DNA from: Candidatus Krumholzibacteriota bacterium
GTDB lineage: Bacteria; Krumholzibacteriota; Krumholzibacteriia; JAJRXK01
Direction: 5' to 3'
DNA length: 64,000 nucleotides
Assembly (NCBI GenBank): GCA_963727455.1
Contig: CAVSGG010000008.1
Coordinates: 192,001 to 256,000, forward strand
The notes beneath the pieces are model-generated. The model made no database searches, was not told where the DNA came from, and saw only the letters and a list, made by a program, of their open reading frames with translations. Shown here piece after piece: positions 9,730 through 21,205 of the stretch. The position numbers and the translations under genes were made by a program. The stretch's first letter is position 1. Each line of letters starts with the position of its first letter.

Positions 9730-11277
9730 ATGACGCGCCAGATGGCCATCCTCATCATCCCGGCGATGCTCGTCGTCCTCGGGCTGGTCTTTCATTCGCT
9801 GCGCACGCGAGGCAAGCGCGACACCCTGGAGTTTTTTGGGGCCGCGCTCATTTTCGGGGTGCTGCGCGGCAACATCATCTGGTGGATCACCACCGTCCAC
9901 TTCGAGGGCAAGTTCCCCTACATCTTCGCCAAGCAGGTGCTGGGGATCTACCACGATTCCTTCACCGCCGACGCGGGCTGGATCCTCTGTCTCTATCTGG
10001 GAATGGTGCTGGCCTCGCGTATCCTGCAGCGCATCCCCGCGCTTCAGGGCCGCGTCTTTCCCCTGCTGTCCCTGGCCTGTCTCTTCCATCTCTGCCTGGC
10101 CTACGCGGTGGAGTCGACCGCGATCACCATGGGCTGGTGGCAGTGGACCCTGTCGACCAAGAGCTCGGTGCTGCGCGACGTTCCCACCACCGGGCTGTGG
10201 GCCTGGTTCTCGGTGGGCTTCGATTTCTGGATGCCCTATCTGCTGATTCGCTACTGCGCCCGGCCAGGGAGAACGTGGCCTTATCTTACGATCCTCATCT
10301 TCCCCTTGCACATGCTCACCCACTTGAGCAACGAGCGCGCGGGACACCTTCTGCCCATCACCCCCTACGGGATCTACCACTGGCTGATGCTGCTGGCGGT
10401 CATGATTCTCCCCTTTGCCAGCGCTCTGCGTCTGGAGCGGCCGTGGCTCGGTGAGGCTTTGCCGGCGAGCCAAGGGACGAAGGGCAAGAAGGGAAGGGAA
10501 GGGGTCGCGCGCGCGGCGGGCCCCGTGATTCGCGCCATCCCCACTCTGGGCCTTTTGGTGGTGGTCGCGGTCCTACTCTATTGCGATCTCATCCTGCACC
10601 ACGCGCCCGGTCTGCTGACCGCCAAGCTGCCCCTGCTCCTCTACTTCCTGCTCACCCTCAGCTTCGTTCCCGCCCTGGTCGTGTTGGTGCTGGCCGCCTT
10701 GGCCGCCATTTTCGGCGGAGTCTTCTTCGTGGCGCCCTTGGGGATTCCCCTCTTCTACTTCGCGCTGAAGGGCAAGGAGCGTTTCGAGAAGTGGCCCTGG
10801 CTCAAGTGGGCCTACCTGCTGGTGCCGATCGTGCTCAGCGTGTGGCATTACCAGTGGAGCGTGGCCAAGGACCGCCTGGACATGCGCTACTGGGCGCTCA
10901 TCGACCAGGGAACCGCTCTGGCCAAGCACGACAGCGCGGGAGCGATCGCCCACTTCAAGAGCGCGAGCGAGCTGAAGCCCTACAGCATTCCGGCCTACGA
11001 AAGATTGGTCATCATCTACACCCAGCAGCGGGACCTGGACGACGCGGAAGCGGTCTTGAAGAAGCTGATGGAATTGCGACCCGCGAGCGCGGAAGTAAGG
11101 GCCAACTTCGGCACCATCGCGATCATGCGCGGCAACTACGACGAGGCCCAGGAGTGGTTCGAAAAGGCGCTCAAGCTGGACCCGCACCACCGCTACAGCC
11201 GACGGATGCTCGCCAACCTCGACAAGTTGCGCCAGGGCGGAAAGTGGAAGGACGCGACCTCGCTTCCCGATCAATAG
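9730..11277 (+). CDS. Polytopic membrane protein with a CruF/DUF422-like N-terminal domain and C-terminal TPR repeats
   Basis: Many TM helices, GWWQW...DVPxxxxxAWF pattern, and TPR-like C-terminus (ANFGTIAIMRGNYDEAQEWFEKALKLDP). Confidence 0.55.
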   Translation: MTRQMAILIIPAMLVVLGLVFHSLRTRGKRDTLEFFGAALIFGVLRGNIIWWITTVHFEGKFPYIFAKQVLGIYHDSFTADAGWILCLYLGMVLASRILQRIPALQGRVFPLLSLACLFHLCLAYAVESTAITMGWWQWTLSTKSSVLRDVPTTGLWAWFSVGFDFWMPYLLIRYCARPGRTWPYLTILIFPLHMLTHLSNERAGHLLPITPYGIYHWLMLLAVMILPFASALRLERPWLGEALPASQGTKGKKGREGVARAAGPVIRAIPTLGLLVVVAVLLYCDLILHHAPGLLTAKLPLLLYFLLTLSFVPALVVLVLAALAAIFGGVFFVAPLGIPLFYFALKGKERFEKWPWLKWAYLLVPIVLSVWHYQWSVAKDRLDMRYWALIDQGTALAKHDSAGAIAHFKSASELKPYSIPAYERLVIIYTQQRDLDDAEAVLKKLMELRPASAEVRANFGTIAIMRGNYDEAQEWFEKALKLDPHHRYSRRMLANLDKLRQGGKWKDATSLPDQ

Positions 11278-11292
11278 CGGTAGCGAGGTTCC

Positions 11293-12333
11293 TCAGGAGA
11301 CCTTGCTGCCCATGTCGTGGTAGCGCCGCTTCATGTCTTCGAGGGTGAGCGCCGGGACTTTGTCCGCGTTTCCCGCCTGTCCAAAGGCGATCATGCGTGC
11401 CTTGACGACCTCTTTCATGGCGGCCCGCGCCGGCTTCAGGTAGTCGCGCGGGTCGAACTTGCCGCCGTCTTCGGCGAAGACCTTGCGGATGGCACCGGTG
11501 ATGGCCAGACGGTTGTCGGTGTCGACGTTGATCTTGCGCACCCCGTGGCGAATCCCCTCTTGAATTTCCTCGACCGGTACTCCGTAGGTCTCGCGAATCT
11601 GACCGCCGTACTGATTGATGATGTCGACCAGTTCCTTGGGCACCGAGGAGCTGCCGTGCATCACCATGTGGGTGTTGGGCAGGCGCCGATGGATTTCGGC
11701 GATGATGTCCATCTTGAGGACTTCCCCGGTGGGCTTCTTGGTGAATTTGTAGGCGCCGTGGCTGGTGCCGATGGCCACCGCGAGGGCGTCACAACCGGTC
11801 TGCGCCACGAATTCCTCGGCCTGCGCCGGATCGGTCAGGTGGGCCAGGGCTTCCTCCCCGCTCAGTCCGGCTCCATGACCGTCCTCGATCCCACCCAGAC
11901 AGCCCAACTCCGCCTCCACCGTGACGCCCTTGGCGTGCGCGGCGTCCACGACCTTTTGCGTGACCTCGACGTTGTACTCGTAGCTCGAGGGTGTCTTGCC
12001 GTCCTCCTGCAGGGAGCCATCCATCATCACCGAGGTAAATCCCATCTCGATGGCGGAGAAGCAGGTCTGGGGCGAATTGCCGTGGTCCTGGTGCATGGCG
12101 ATGGGGATCTTGGGGTTGAGCTCGGAGGCCGCGAGCATCAAATGGCGCAGGTAGTTGTCATTGGAGTACGCCCGCGCCCCGCGGCTGGCCTGCACGATCA
12201 CCGGAGAATTGGTTTCCCGCGCCGCCTCCATGATGGCCTGAATCTGTTCCATGTTGTTCACGTTGAACGCGCCCACTCCGTAGTCGTTCTCGGCCGCGTG
12301 ATCGAGCAGTACGCGCATGGGTACCAGTGCCAT
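11293..12333 (-). CDS. fba: Fructose-bisphosphate aldolase class II
   Basis: [28 protein letters not shown] and KINVDTD motifs. Confidence 0.95.
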   Translation of the reverse strand: MALVPMRVLLDHAAENDYGVGAFNVNNMEQIQAIMEAARETNSPVIVQASRGARAYSNDNYLRHLMLAASELNPKIPIAMHQDHGNSPQTCFSAIEMGFTSVMMDGSLQEDGKTPSSYEYNVEVTQKVVDAAHAKGVTVEAELGCLGGIEDGHGAGLSGEEALAHLTDPAQAEEFVAQTGCDALAVAIGTSHGAYKFTKKPTGEVLKMDIIAEIHRRLPNTHMVMHGSSSVPKELVDIINQYGGQIRETYGVPVEEIQEGIRHGVRKINVDTDNRLAITGAIRKVFAEDGGKFDPRDYLKPARAAMKEVVKARMIAFGQAGNADKVPALTLEDMKRRYHDMGSKVS

Positions 12334-12489
12334 CGTTCATCCTCCTGTTTCCGCGAAAAAGTCCGCCTTCTCCGCTCGATTCCCTTCGTCCCGCTCAAGG
12401 AGCGGGCGTCGATGCATGTGCGCCTTGTGATTCCGTTCGTCGCTGAAAAGATGACGCCTTCTCATCGGCTCGCCAGTTTCGTTTCGCTT

Positions 12490-13719
12490 TCAGGCGGGCC
12501 TGGTCTCTTTCAAGCAGCGCAGAAGCTCGTCGATGTCCGCTTCGGTGTGGGCCGCGTTGATTTGCACGCGAATCGTCTCGTCCCCGCGCGGCACCACAGG
12601 AAAGGTGAGTCCCACCACGAGGATGCCCCTCGCAAAGAGCTGGCTCACCCAGCGTCGCGTCTTCTCGGTGTCACGCACCAAGAGCGGGACTACCGGATGG
12701 GGCCCCGGAATGGACTCCAACCCCAAGAGCGCCACCCCGCGCCGGAACTGAGCCACCCGCTCGTGCAGGTGCTTCAGGCGCTTTTGACCCTCGGGCGAGG
12801 CGGCCAGTTCGACCGCGGCCAGCGCGGCCGCGCAGTCGGCCACTCCGAGCGGGTTCGTGTAGATGTAGGTGTCGGCCTTCTGACGTACCGCTTCGATGAG
12901 CTGGGCGCTCCCCGCGATGAAACCGCCGTTCACCCCGAAGGCCTTGCCGAAGGTCCCCACCACCACGTCCGCCTTTGCCTGGGTGAATTCCTCGGTGCCG
13001 CGAGCCGTATCCCCGTAGGCTCCGATCCCGTGCGAATCGTCCACGATGATGAGGATTCCCTCCTCGAAGCGCCCCTCGTGCGCAGCCACGATCTCACGGA
13101 TCTTCGCCAAGGGCGCGAAGTCGCCGCGCATACTGAAGATTCCGTCGCAGATCACCAGGACGCGCTTCATCCCCGCAGGCACCGCCTCCAGGCACTTTCT
13201 GAGTTCGGCCATGTCGTTATGGGCATAGATGGCCCGCTGTTGCGAAGGCACTCCGGCGATGCGCATTCCGCGGATGATGCAGTTGTGGTTGAGAGCGTCG
13301 CCAATCCAGTAGCTCTGTTTCCCGGCCAGGGTGAGGGCCAGGCCCAGATTGCTGGTATAGGCGGAATTGAAGATCTTGGCGGCTGGCTTGCCCAGGTACC
13401 GGGCAATCGCAGTCTCGAGTTGGCGGTGGTGGCGGAAGGTGCCGTCGATGAAGCGCACCGCGCCCGGCCCGACACCGAATTCGTGGGTGGCGCGGTCAGC
13501 GGCCTCCACCAGCTTGGGGTGATCGGAAAGGGAGAGGTAGGAATTGGAGTTCATGCGCAGGAATTCCTGCTCGCTTTCCTGCAGCCTATAGCGCGGTCCC
13601 CGCTTTCCCTTGGCGGGGAGATACCCCACGATCACTCTCTCGGGCGCCTTGGCCCGACCCTCATCCTTCAGGCCCTGCAGCTCCTTGGCCAATGCCTCGT
13701 CGATCTTCTGCATGCTCAT
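12490..13719 (-). CDS. kbl: PLP-dependent alpha-oxoamine synthase (glycine C-acetyltransferase/BioF family)
   Basis: NSYLSL, GAVRFIDGT, LNHNCII, DGIFSMRG, DDSHG and GTFGKAFG motifs. Start at ATG 13719 after GGAGG. Confidence 0.8.
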   Translation of the reverse strand: MSMQKIDEALAKELQGLKDEGRAKAPERVIVGYLPAKGKRGPRYRLQESEQEFLRMNSNSYLSLSDHPKLVEAADRATHEFGVGPGAVRFIDGTFRHHRQLETAIARYLGKPAAKIFNSAYTSNLGLALTLAGKQSYWIGDALNHNCIIRGMRIAGVPSQQRAIYAHNDMAELRKCLEAVPAGMKRVLVICDGIFSMRGDFAPLAKIREIVAAHEGRFEEGILIIVDDSHGIGAYGDTARGTEEFTQAKADVVVGTFGKAFGVNGGFIAGSAQLIEAVRQKADTYIYTNPLGVADCAAALAAVELAASPEGQKRLKHLHERVAQFRRGVALLGLESIPGPHPVVPLLVRDTEKTRRWVSQLFARGILVVGLTFPVVPRGDETIRVQINAAHTEADIDELLRCLKETRPA

Positions 13720-13822
13720 AACGGGTCCCTCCTCCAGCGTTCCGCGCCCTTCTCGCTCGGCGCGGGCAGTGTAGTGCAGGGCTCCTCGCGCTCGCAAGCA
13801 GACAGCGACCAGGGGGCGGGCA

Positions 13823-13899
13823 CAAAAAAGTTGGGCTCGAGGCAAAAAAGTCAAGCGGAGGATGCTGCGCGACTAGGGTATTTGACCTATTATGAGGTC
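13823..13899. promoter_or_regulatory. Direct repeat and inverted repeat in the divergent kbl/peptide promoter region
   Basis: CAAAAAAGT at 13823 and 13843 (20-bp period). GACCT-ATTATG-AGGTC at 13884-13899 overlaps a TATTAT -10-like box. Confidence 0.4.
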
Positions 13900-13969
13900 T
13901 ATCAACACGCTGTCGAGCCCTACGCCGGCTCGACCCCATCGATTGGTTCCAAGTCGCGGAGTTCGCGCC

Positions 13970-14110
13970 ATGAAGACGAGACACGACGCTGGCCAGAAGC
14001 GTCGCCCCTACAGTCCACCCGTAGTCAAGCGGCAGAGTAATCTCAAGTTGATCACGCTTTTCACCCAGATGGGTCCGGATTCGAAGCGGACGGCGAACGG
14101 TTCCCACTAG
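13970..14110 (+). CDS. 46-aa putative RiPP precursor with a lasso-type leader
   Basis: MKTRHDAGQKRRPYSPPVVKRQSNLKLITL|FTQMGPDSKRTANGSH. YxxP motif, Thr at -2, GGAG RBS upstream, and it fills the kbl-lipA intergenic space. Confidence 0.62.
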   Translation: MKTRHDAGQKRRPYSPPVVKRQSNLKLITLFTQMGPDSKRTANGSH

Positions 14111-14134
14111 GGCCGCTCACAAAGCGCCCGGCCC

Positions 14135-15028
14135 CTACAACTTTTGCTCGACTGGAACGTGCCGCTCTGCGTGATAAGAGGAGCGCACGAAGACGCCACT
14201 TTCGACATGCGCGAAGCCCAGGGTTTCCGCATGCGCACCGATTTGCTCGAATTCCTCCGGCGGAACCCAGCGTTCCACTGGCAAATGGCGCGCACTGGGT
14301 TGTAAATACTGCCCGATAGTCAAAATGTCGACCTCAGCTTCGCGCAAGCGTTCACAGACTTCGTAGATCTCGTCCAAGCTCTCTCCCAGCCCCAGCATCA
14401 AGCCACTCTTCGTCCGTAAAACCTTTTCCCCCTTGGCCTTGGCAGCGCGGGCCAGCAACTGGAGGCTGCGCGGAAAGTCCGAGCCGTGGCGTACCCGCGA
14501 GTAGAGCCGGGGCACCGTCTCCACGTTGTGGTTGAGGATCTCGGGCCGGGCGGCGAGGACGGTCTTCAAAGCCTCTTCGCTGCCCCCGAAATCGGGGATG
14601 AGAACTTCCACCGTACAGCCGGGGTTTTCGCGCCGGATGGCGGCGATGGTGGCCGCGAAGTGGGCCGCGCCCCCGTCCGGCAGATCGTCGCGATTGACGC
14701 TGGTGACCACGGCGTGGCCGAGACCCAGCTCCTGTACTGCTTGCGCCACATGCTCGGGCTCTGCGGGATCGAGCAGGGCGGTGGAGCCCTTCTTCACCGC
14801 GCAGAATCCGCAATGCCGCGTGCACACCTCCCCCATGAGCATGAAAGTGGCGGTCCGGGCCGACCAGCATTCGAAGAGGTTGGGGCACTGGGCTTCCTCG
14901 CAGACAGTGGTCAGATGCAGCGAGCGCATCATGGAGCTGACGCCCTTCACCGCCTCGGAATCGCGCAGACGCAGGCGCAGCCACGGCGGACGCTGCGCGA
15001 TGCGTTCCTTCAAGCTCTCCCTGGGCAT
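14135..15028 (-). CDS. lipA: Lipoyl synthase
   Basis: CEEAQCPNLFEC, CTRHCGFC and VRSSYHA motifs. Confidence 0.96.
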   Translation of the reverse strand: MPRESLKERIAQRPPWLRLRLRDSEAVKGVSSMMRSLHLTTVCEEAQCPNLFECWSARTATFMLMGEVCTRHCGFCAVKKGSTALLDPAEPEHVAQAVQELGLGHAVVTSVNRDDLPDGGAAHFAATIAAIRRENPGCTVEVLIPDFGGSEEALKTVLAARPEILNHNVETVPRLYSRVRHGSDFPRSLQLLARAAKAKGEKVLRTKSGLMLGLGESLDEIYEVCERLREAEVDILTIGQYLQPSARHLPVERWVPPEEFEQIGAHAETLGFAHVESGVFVRSSYHAERHVPVEQKL

Positions 15029-15030
15029 GA

Positions 15031-15693
15031 TCAGCTCACCCCTTCCACCATCTCGCGTTCGAAGACCGCGCCGAACTCGGGAACGAGTGCACGGGTGACC
15101 CGCTCCAGGCTCAGCTCCGAAAGCCCGAGCTCCTCAAGGGAGCTGACTCGTTTGTCCTGAATCCCGCAGGGCACGATGGTTCCGAAAAAGCGCAGGTCAC
15201 AGTTCACGTTCAGCGCGAAACCGTGGCTGGTGACCCAATGGCTGAGACGCACTCCGATGGCGGCTACTTTGGCGTCAGCCACCCACACCCCGGTGTAGCT
15301 CGGATGCCGTCCCGCCTGGATTTGGAACTTAGCCAGCACTCGGATCAAAACCTCCTCGAGACGCCGTAGGTAGCGGTGCGCGTCCCGTTCCCCTTCCCGC
15401 AATTGCAGGATAGGATAGCCCACGAGCTGTCCGGGGCCGTGATAGGTCACGTCGCCTCCCCGCCCGGATTCGTGCACCGTGAGATGGAGCCGTTCGCGCG
15501 CCGCCGGGTCCACTAGAATGTGTTCCTCACTCGCACGGCTTCCTTTGGTGAGAACGTGCGGATGCTCGAGCAACAGGAGCTGATCGGGGATCTCTCCCTG
15601 CCGACGCCGGCGCACCAGTTCCTCTTGCAAGCGGACGGCTTCCTCGTACCCCATGCAGCCGAGTGAGCGATAGTGACACGGAGGAAGTGGCAT
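15031..15693 (-). CDS. lipB: Octanoyltransferase
   Basis: LLEHPHV, RGGDVTYHGPGQLVGYP, HGFALN and IVPCG motifs. Confidence 0.95.
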   Translation of the reverse strand: MPLPPCHYRSLGCMGYEEAVRLQEELVRRRRQGEIPDQLLLLEHPHVLTKGSRASEEHILVDPAARERLHLTVHESGRGGDVTYHGPGQLVGYPILQLREGERDAHRYLRRLEEVLIRVLAKFQIQAGRHPSYTGVWVADAKVAAIGVRLSHWVTSHGFALNVNCDLRFFGTIVPCGIQDKRVSSLEELGLSELSLERVTRALVPEFGAVFEREMVEGVS

Positions 15694-15706
15694 TTCCGCC
15701 CTACCC

Positions 15707-17160
15707 TCAGAGTGCGGTCTCGTCGAAGTTCTCCAGGGTCCTCTTCACCGAGCTCAAGAACACCTCCGCGGTGGCGCCGTCGACCAGTCGATGATCGTAG
15801 CCCAGCGTCATGTACATCTTGGGCCGAATGGCGATGGCGTCGTCGACGACGCAGACCCTCTTCTCCACGCTTCCCATCCCCAAAATCGCGACGTTTGGCT
15901 GTGAGATCACCGGGAAGCCGATGAGTCCGCCGAAGGAGCCGGGATTGGTGATGGAGAAGGTTGAGCCCTGGATCTCACTCAAATCCAGCTTGCGATCCCT
16001 TGCTCGCTTGGCCAGGTCGTCGATGGCTCGCGCGATTCCGGTCATGGAGAGATCCTGCGCGCGGCGAATCACCGGCACGATGAGACCCTGTTCCAGGGCG
16101 ACGGCGATCCCGACGTTGATGTCACCATGGAGAATGGCCTCGTCCCCCACCAGCGATGCGTTGACCACGGGCGTCGCGCGGAGCGCGTCGACCACTGCCT
16201 TCACCATGAACACGGTGTAGCTGAGCTTGGCGCCGCCCGCCGCCTTCATGAACTCCTCGCGGTGAGCCTTGCGCAGCTGATCGATGCGGCTCATGTCCAC
16301 TTCGTACAGCGTGTGCACGTGCGGCGAAAGCGCCTTGGAGATGACCATGTGCTCGGCAATCTTCTTGCGCATCTGCGAGAGCGGTTCGACTGTGTCGTTC
16401 TCGCCCTTGCCGGAGAGATAGGCCTGGACGGTCTTGGCCGGCCATCCGCTGACTCCCAGCATGGCGGAGCCCTCTACCGCGGGGGGACCCCCGTTTCCTG
16501 CGGGGCGCCCTGCGCGGCAGACTGGGCGAGAACTACTGGCGGCTGCGGCTGCAGGCTTGGCACCGCCCTCCTCGATGTAGGCCAGGATATCCTTCTTGGT
16601 CACCCGGCCCTGGATTCCACTGCCTTCGATCTTGTGATGTCGATCTCGTGCTCGGCCGCGATCTTGCGGACCACCGGCGAACTCTTGGTCCGGATCCGCT
16701 CCTCCCGAGACGCCGTCCCCTTGTCGCCGGCCGCGCCGGAGACCTTGGACTCCTCGGACCGTGCCGGAACTGAGGGTGTGGCCTCAGCCGTACTGGATTC
16801 TTTGGTGGCCGCGGAGACCTCGGGCCCTTCACTTTTGGAGGCCTCGCTCTCTTGCGACTTCTCGTTCGCGGGCGTCGGGGAGGGTTCGGGCTCCTTGCTC
16901 TCGGACTTGGCGCCGGCGCCATCCTCTTCGCCGATTCGCGCGACGACGGTGTTGATTTCCACCGTTTCCCCTTCCCCAACCAGAATCTCCAGCAGAGTCC
17001 CCGCCTGGGGCGCGGGAATCTCCGCGTCCACCTTATCGGTGGAGATCTCGAATAGGGGCTCGTCGTGCTCGACCACATCGCCCACTTTCTTGAGCCACTT
17101 GGTGATGGTGCCCTCGGCGATGCTCTCGCCCATCTGAGGCATGATCACTTCGCTTGCCAT
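15707..17160 (-). CDS. 2-oxoacid dehydrogenase E2 acyltransferase (one frameshift near 16630)
   Basis: Lipoyl domain (MPQMGES...TDKVDAE) in ORF 16600..17331 and catalytic domain (DHRLVDG) in ORF 15707..16603. Confidence 0.9.
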
Positions 17161-17224
17161 GGATCCTCCCGGCCAGCATTGGCAACTGGCGCTCGTAGAG
17201 ATTTCGAAAGGAAAGCTCGAACTT

Positions 17225-18205
17225 TCAGTATCGTACCAAAGTCCGGGCTTTCGCCACCACCTGAGCCGCTTGAGGCAGGAATGCCTCTTCCAGGGGGGGA
17301 CTGTAGGGCACCGCGCTATCCGGGGACGCAAGCCGCATCAAGGGTGCATCCAACCACTCGAAGGCTCTCTCGGAGATTCGCGCGGCGAGTTCACCTCCGA
17401 AGCCACCGTTCAGTGTCGCTTCGTGCAACAACAACACTCGACCGCTGCGCCGCGCCGCCGCGAGTACCGCCTCTTCATCCAGAGGAACGAGACTGCGCAG
17501 ATCCACAACTTGCGCCTCGATCCCGTCTTCTTCGGACAGCTGGCCCGCAGCCCGCAGTGCGGTGTGTACCATCGCTCCGTAGGTGATGATCGCCAGATCC
17601 CCGCCCTCTCGCAAAGTTGCAGCCTTCCCCAGCGGAGTAAGGATCTCCTCGTCCTCGGGAAGCTCCTCTTTGATCCGGCGGTAGAGGTACTTGTGCTCCA
17701 AAAAGAGTACTGGATCGTCGTCGCGGATCGCCGCTTTCAGAAGACCTTTCGCGTCGCGTGCGGTCGCCGGCTGCACGATTTTCAATCCCGGCGTGGAGCT
17801 AAAGAAGTTCTCCACGTTTTGGCTGTGGAATGGACCTCCGTGGACACCGCCCCCCGAAGGTCCCCGAATGACGATGGGCACCGAATAGCCCAGTCGGTAG
17901 CGCGCCTTCGCGGCCCAGTTGACGATCATGTTGAAGGCACAGGCGATGAAGTCGATGAACTGCATCTCGACCACCGGCCGCATGCCCTCCAGCCCCAGTC
18001 CGATGGCGCATCCCACGATTGCCGATTCGGAAATCGGAGTGTCCAGAATGCGCTTGGGTCCGAAATGTTCGAGCAGGCCCGAGGTTGCGCGAAATGCTCC
18101 GCCGTAGTGTCCGACGTCTTCTCCCATGAGCAGCACCGATTCGTCGCGCTCCATCTCCTCCCACAGCCCGTCATGAATGGCCTCGATGTAGCTCCGTTCC
18201 GCCAT
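17225..18205 (-). CDS. 2-oxoacid dehydrogenase E1 beta subunit
   Basis: MAERSYIEAI..., GEDVG, DTPISE, EMQF and HSQ motifs. GGAGG RBS, and the ATG overlaps the E1-alpha TGA. Confidence 0.92.
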   Translation of the reverse strand: MAERSYIEAIHDGLWEEMERDESVLLMGEDVGHYGGAFRATSGLLEHFGPKRILDTPISESAIVGCAIGLGLEGMRPVVEMQFIDFIACAFNMIVNWAAKARYRLGYSVPIVIRGPSGGGVHGGPFHSQNVENFFSSTPGLKIVQPATARDAKGLLKAAIRDDDPVLFLEHKYLYRRIKEELPEDEEILTPLGKAATLREGGDLAIITYGAMVHTALRAAGQLSEEDGIEAQVVDLRSLVPLDEEAVLAAARRSGRVLLLHEATLNGGFGGELAARISERAFEWLDAPLMRLASPDSAVPYSPPLEEAFLPQAAQVVAKARTLVRY

Positions 18206-19236
18206 CACCCCTCCTCCCTTTGTCCGCGGCGAGGATCGTCGTCCTCCGCGTAGACTCCACCGAAGGCCAGCGAGGGATCGGGCATGGGCGAGTTCTGGGC
18301 ATACTCCGCGTCCTCCTCGAGTTCCTTGGCGATGGGTTCGCGCATTTCGTCCAGCTGCGAGCTGGGTGACCAGGCCTTCTCCCAAGAGGTAGTTCCGCAA
18401 GCGATCGATGGGATCGCGCGCCTCCCAGTACTTGCGAAGGTCCTGCGGCACGTAGCCGGCATCGTCGTGCTCGGCGTGTCCTCGACGGCGGAAGGTGAGC
18501 ATTTCCAACAAGATGGGGCCCTCTCCCTTGCGACATCGGCGCACGGCGCGCGCGGTCGAGTGATAGACTGCGATGACGTCGTTGCCGTCGACCCGCTCTC
18601 CCTTGATGCCATAGGCCTTGGCCCGGTCGGCGAAACGTGGATTGCCCGTTTGAGATGCGGTCGGAGTGCTGTACGCATAGCCGTTGTTCTCGCAGACGAG
18701 GATCAAGGGGAGCTTCCAGACCGCAGCCAGATTCAGGGCTTCGTGGAAATCTCCGGTGGAAGACCCACCGTCGCCGATGTAATTCATCGCCACGTTCTTC
18801 TTCCCGCGCAGCTTGGCGGCGAGAGCCGTTCCGGCGAGCACCGGAATCATCGCCCCCAGCATGGAAATGGGCGCCACGAGATCTCGTTCGATCGATCCGA
18901 AGTGGGTGTTGCCGTCACGACCGAAAGTAGGGACTTGTGGCGCGGGCCAGATACTGGGTGAAGATCTCCCGGGGACGAACGCCCTTGACCAGGAGCGATC
19001 CCAGGTTACGAATGAGCGCGCCCATTCGGTCGCCCTTTTCCAGGGCATAAGCGGTCCCCACCGCCACTGCTTCCTGTCCCAACGAACTGTAGAGACCGCC
19101 GACGACTTGGCCCTGACGGTAAAGCTTGCTCAAGCGGTCCTCGGTCATGCGCGTAAGGATCATGTACCGGTACAGTTCGAGAAGTTGTTTCTTGCCCAAA
19201 CGGGCAGTGGTATGGCGCAAGAGCGGAGGTACCGGA

Positions 19237-19256
<20 letters not shown>
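18205..19256 (-). CDS. 2-oxoacid dehydrogenase E1 alpha subunit (frameshifts near 18930 and 18365)
   Basis: GQEA, TPP motif GDGGSSTGDFHE...ENN, and RRRGH pieced together from three frames. Confidence 0.88.
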
Positions 19257-20690
<1,434 letters not shown>

Positions 20691-20846
20691 CTACCACGCG
20701 GAGAGGGAAAAGTAGCACAAGTCCACGGTTTGCCCACCCGAAGCCCCAATTCCTTCGCCCAAACCCCCGCCGTGGGGCGCCGATTCATGGATTCAAATGT
20801 TTGGGTTTGATCGTCAAATGGTCTTACGGTGCGCGTGCCTCGGCGA

Positions 20847-20875
20847 TTGACAGCGCCAAGCGCCAACCGTAACCT
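20847..20875 (+). promoter_or_regulatory. Sigma70 promoter of the PqqD/RRE gene
   Basis: TTGACA-N17-TAACCT. Confidence 0.6.
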
Positions 20876-20911
20876 CTTCTCCCGACCGGTCCTATGCCCC
20901 TTGGAGGAACC

Positions 20912-21205
20912 GTGGTCTTCAACCCCGACTTTCGCCCGAGCCGAAACGATCAGGTCCGTTGGCAGGCTGTCGACGAAGAGGGCATCCTCGTGAATCTCGA
21001 GACGGGCTTTTACTTCAGTTTGAATCCAGTGGCCCTGTTCATCTGGGACCTCTGCGATGGCGAAGCTTCCAACGCGCAGATTCTGGAGAAGATCGTGGAG
21101 AACTTCGACGTGGTCGAGGAGACGGCCCGTCAAGATTTCGAGGCATTTCTGGAGGCCCTGGAGAACGAGAACCTCCTCGTCGTGTCTCCTCCCAGGGCGA
21201 GCTAG
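20912..21205 (+). CDS. Stand-alone PqqD-family RiPP recognition element (lasso B1-like)
   Basis: About 97 aa: VDEEGILVNLETGFYFSLNPVALFIWDLCDG...FDV...ARQDFEAFLEALENENLL. GGAGG RBS before GTG. Confidence 0.85.
   Translation: MVFNPDFRPSRNDQVRWQAVDEEGILVNLETGFYFSLNPVALFIWDLCDGEASNAQILEKIVENFDVVEETARQDFEAFLEALENENLLVVSPPRAS

Noticed and set aside
11317-14040. 907-aa plus-strand ORF, and similar long ORFs (374..2077, 35192..36394, 53935..55296, 57821..59026)
   Set aside because: Antisense shadows of well-supported minus-strand genes in high-GC DNA, with no recognisable motifs.
17225-19048. Apparent E1-alpha/E1-beta fusion (607-aa ORF)
   Set aside because: A +1 indel near 18365 creates it. The true alpha C-terminus lies in ORF 18205..18678 with its own TGA, and beta has its own GGAGG RBS and ATG.
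20912-21205. PQQ biosynthesis
   Set aside because: No pqqA (ExxxY), pqqB, pqqC or pqqE in the window. The domain is better read as a generic RRE.
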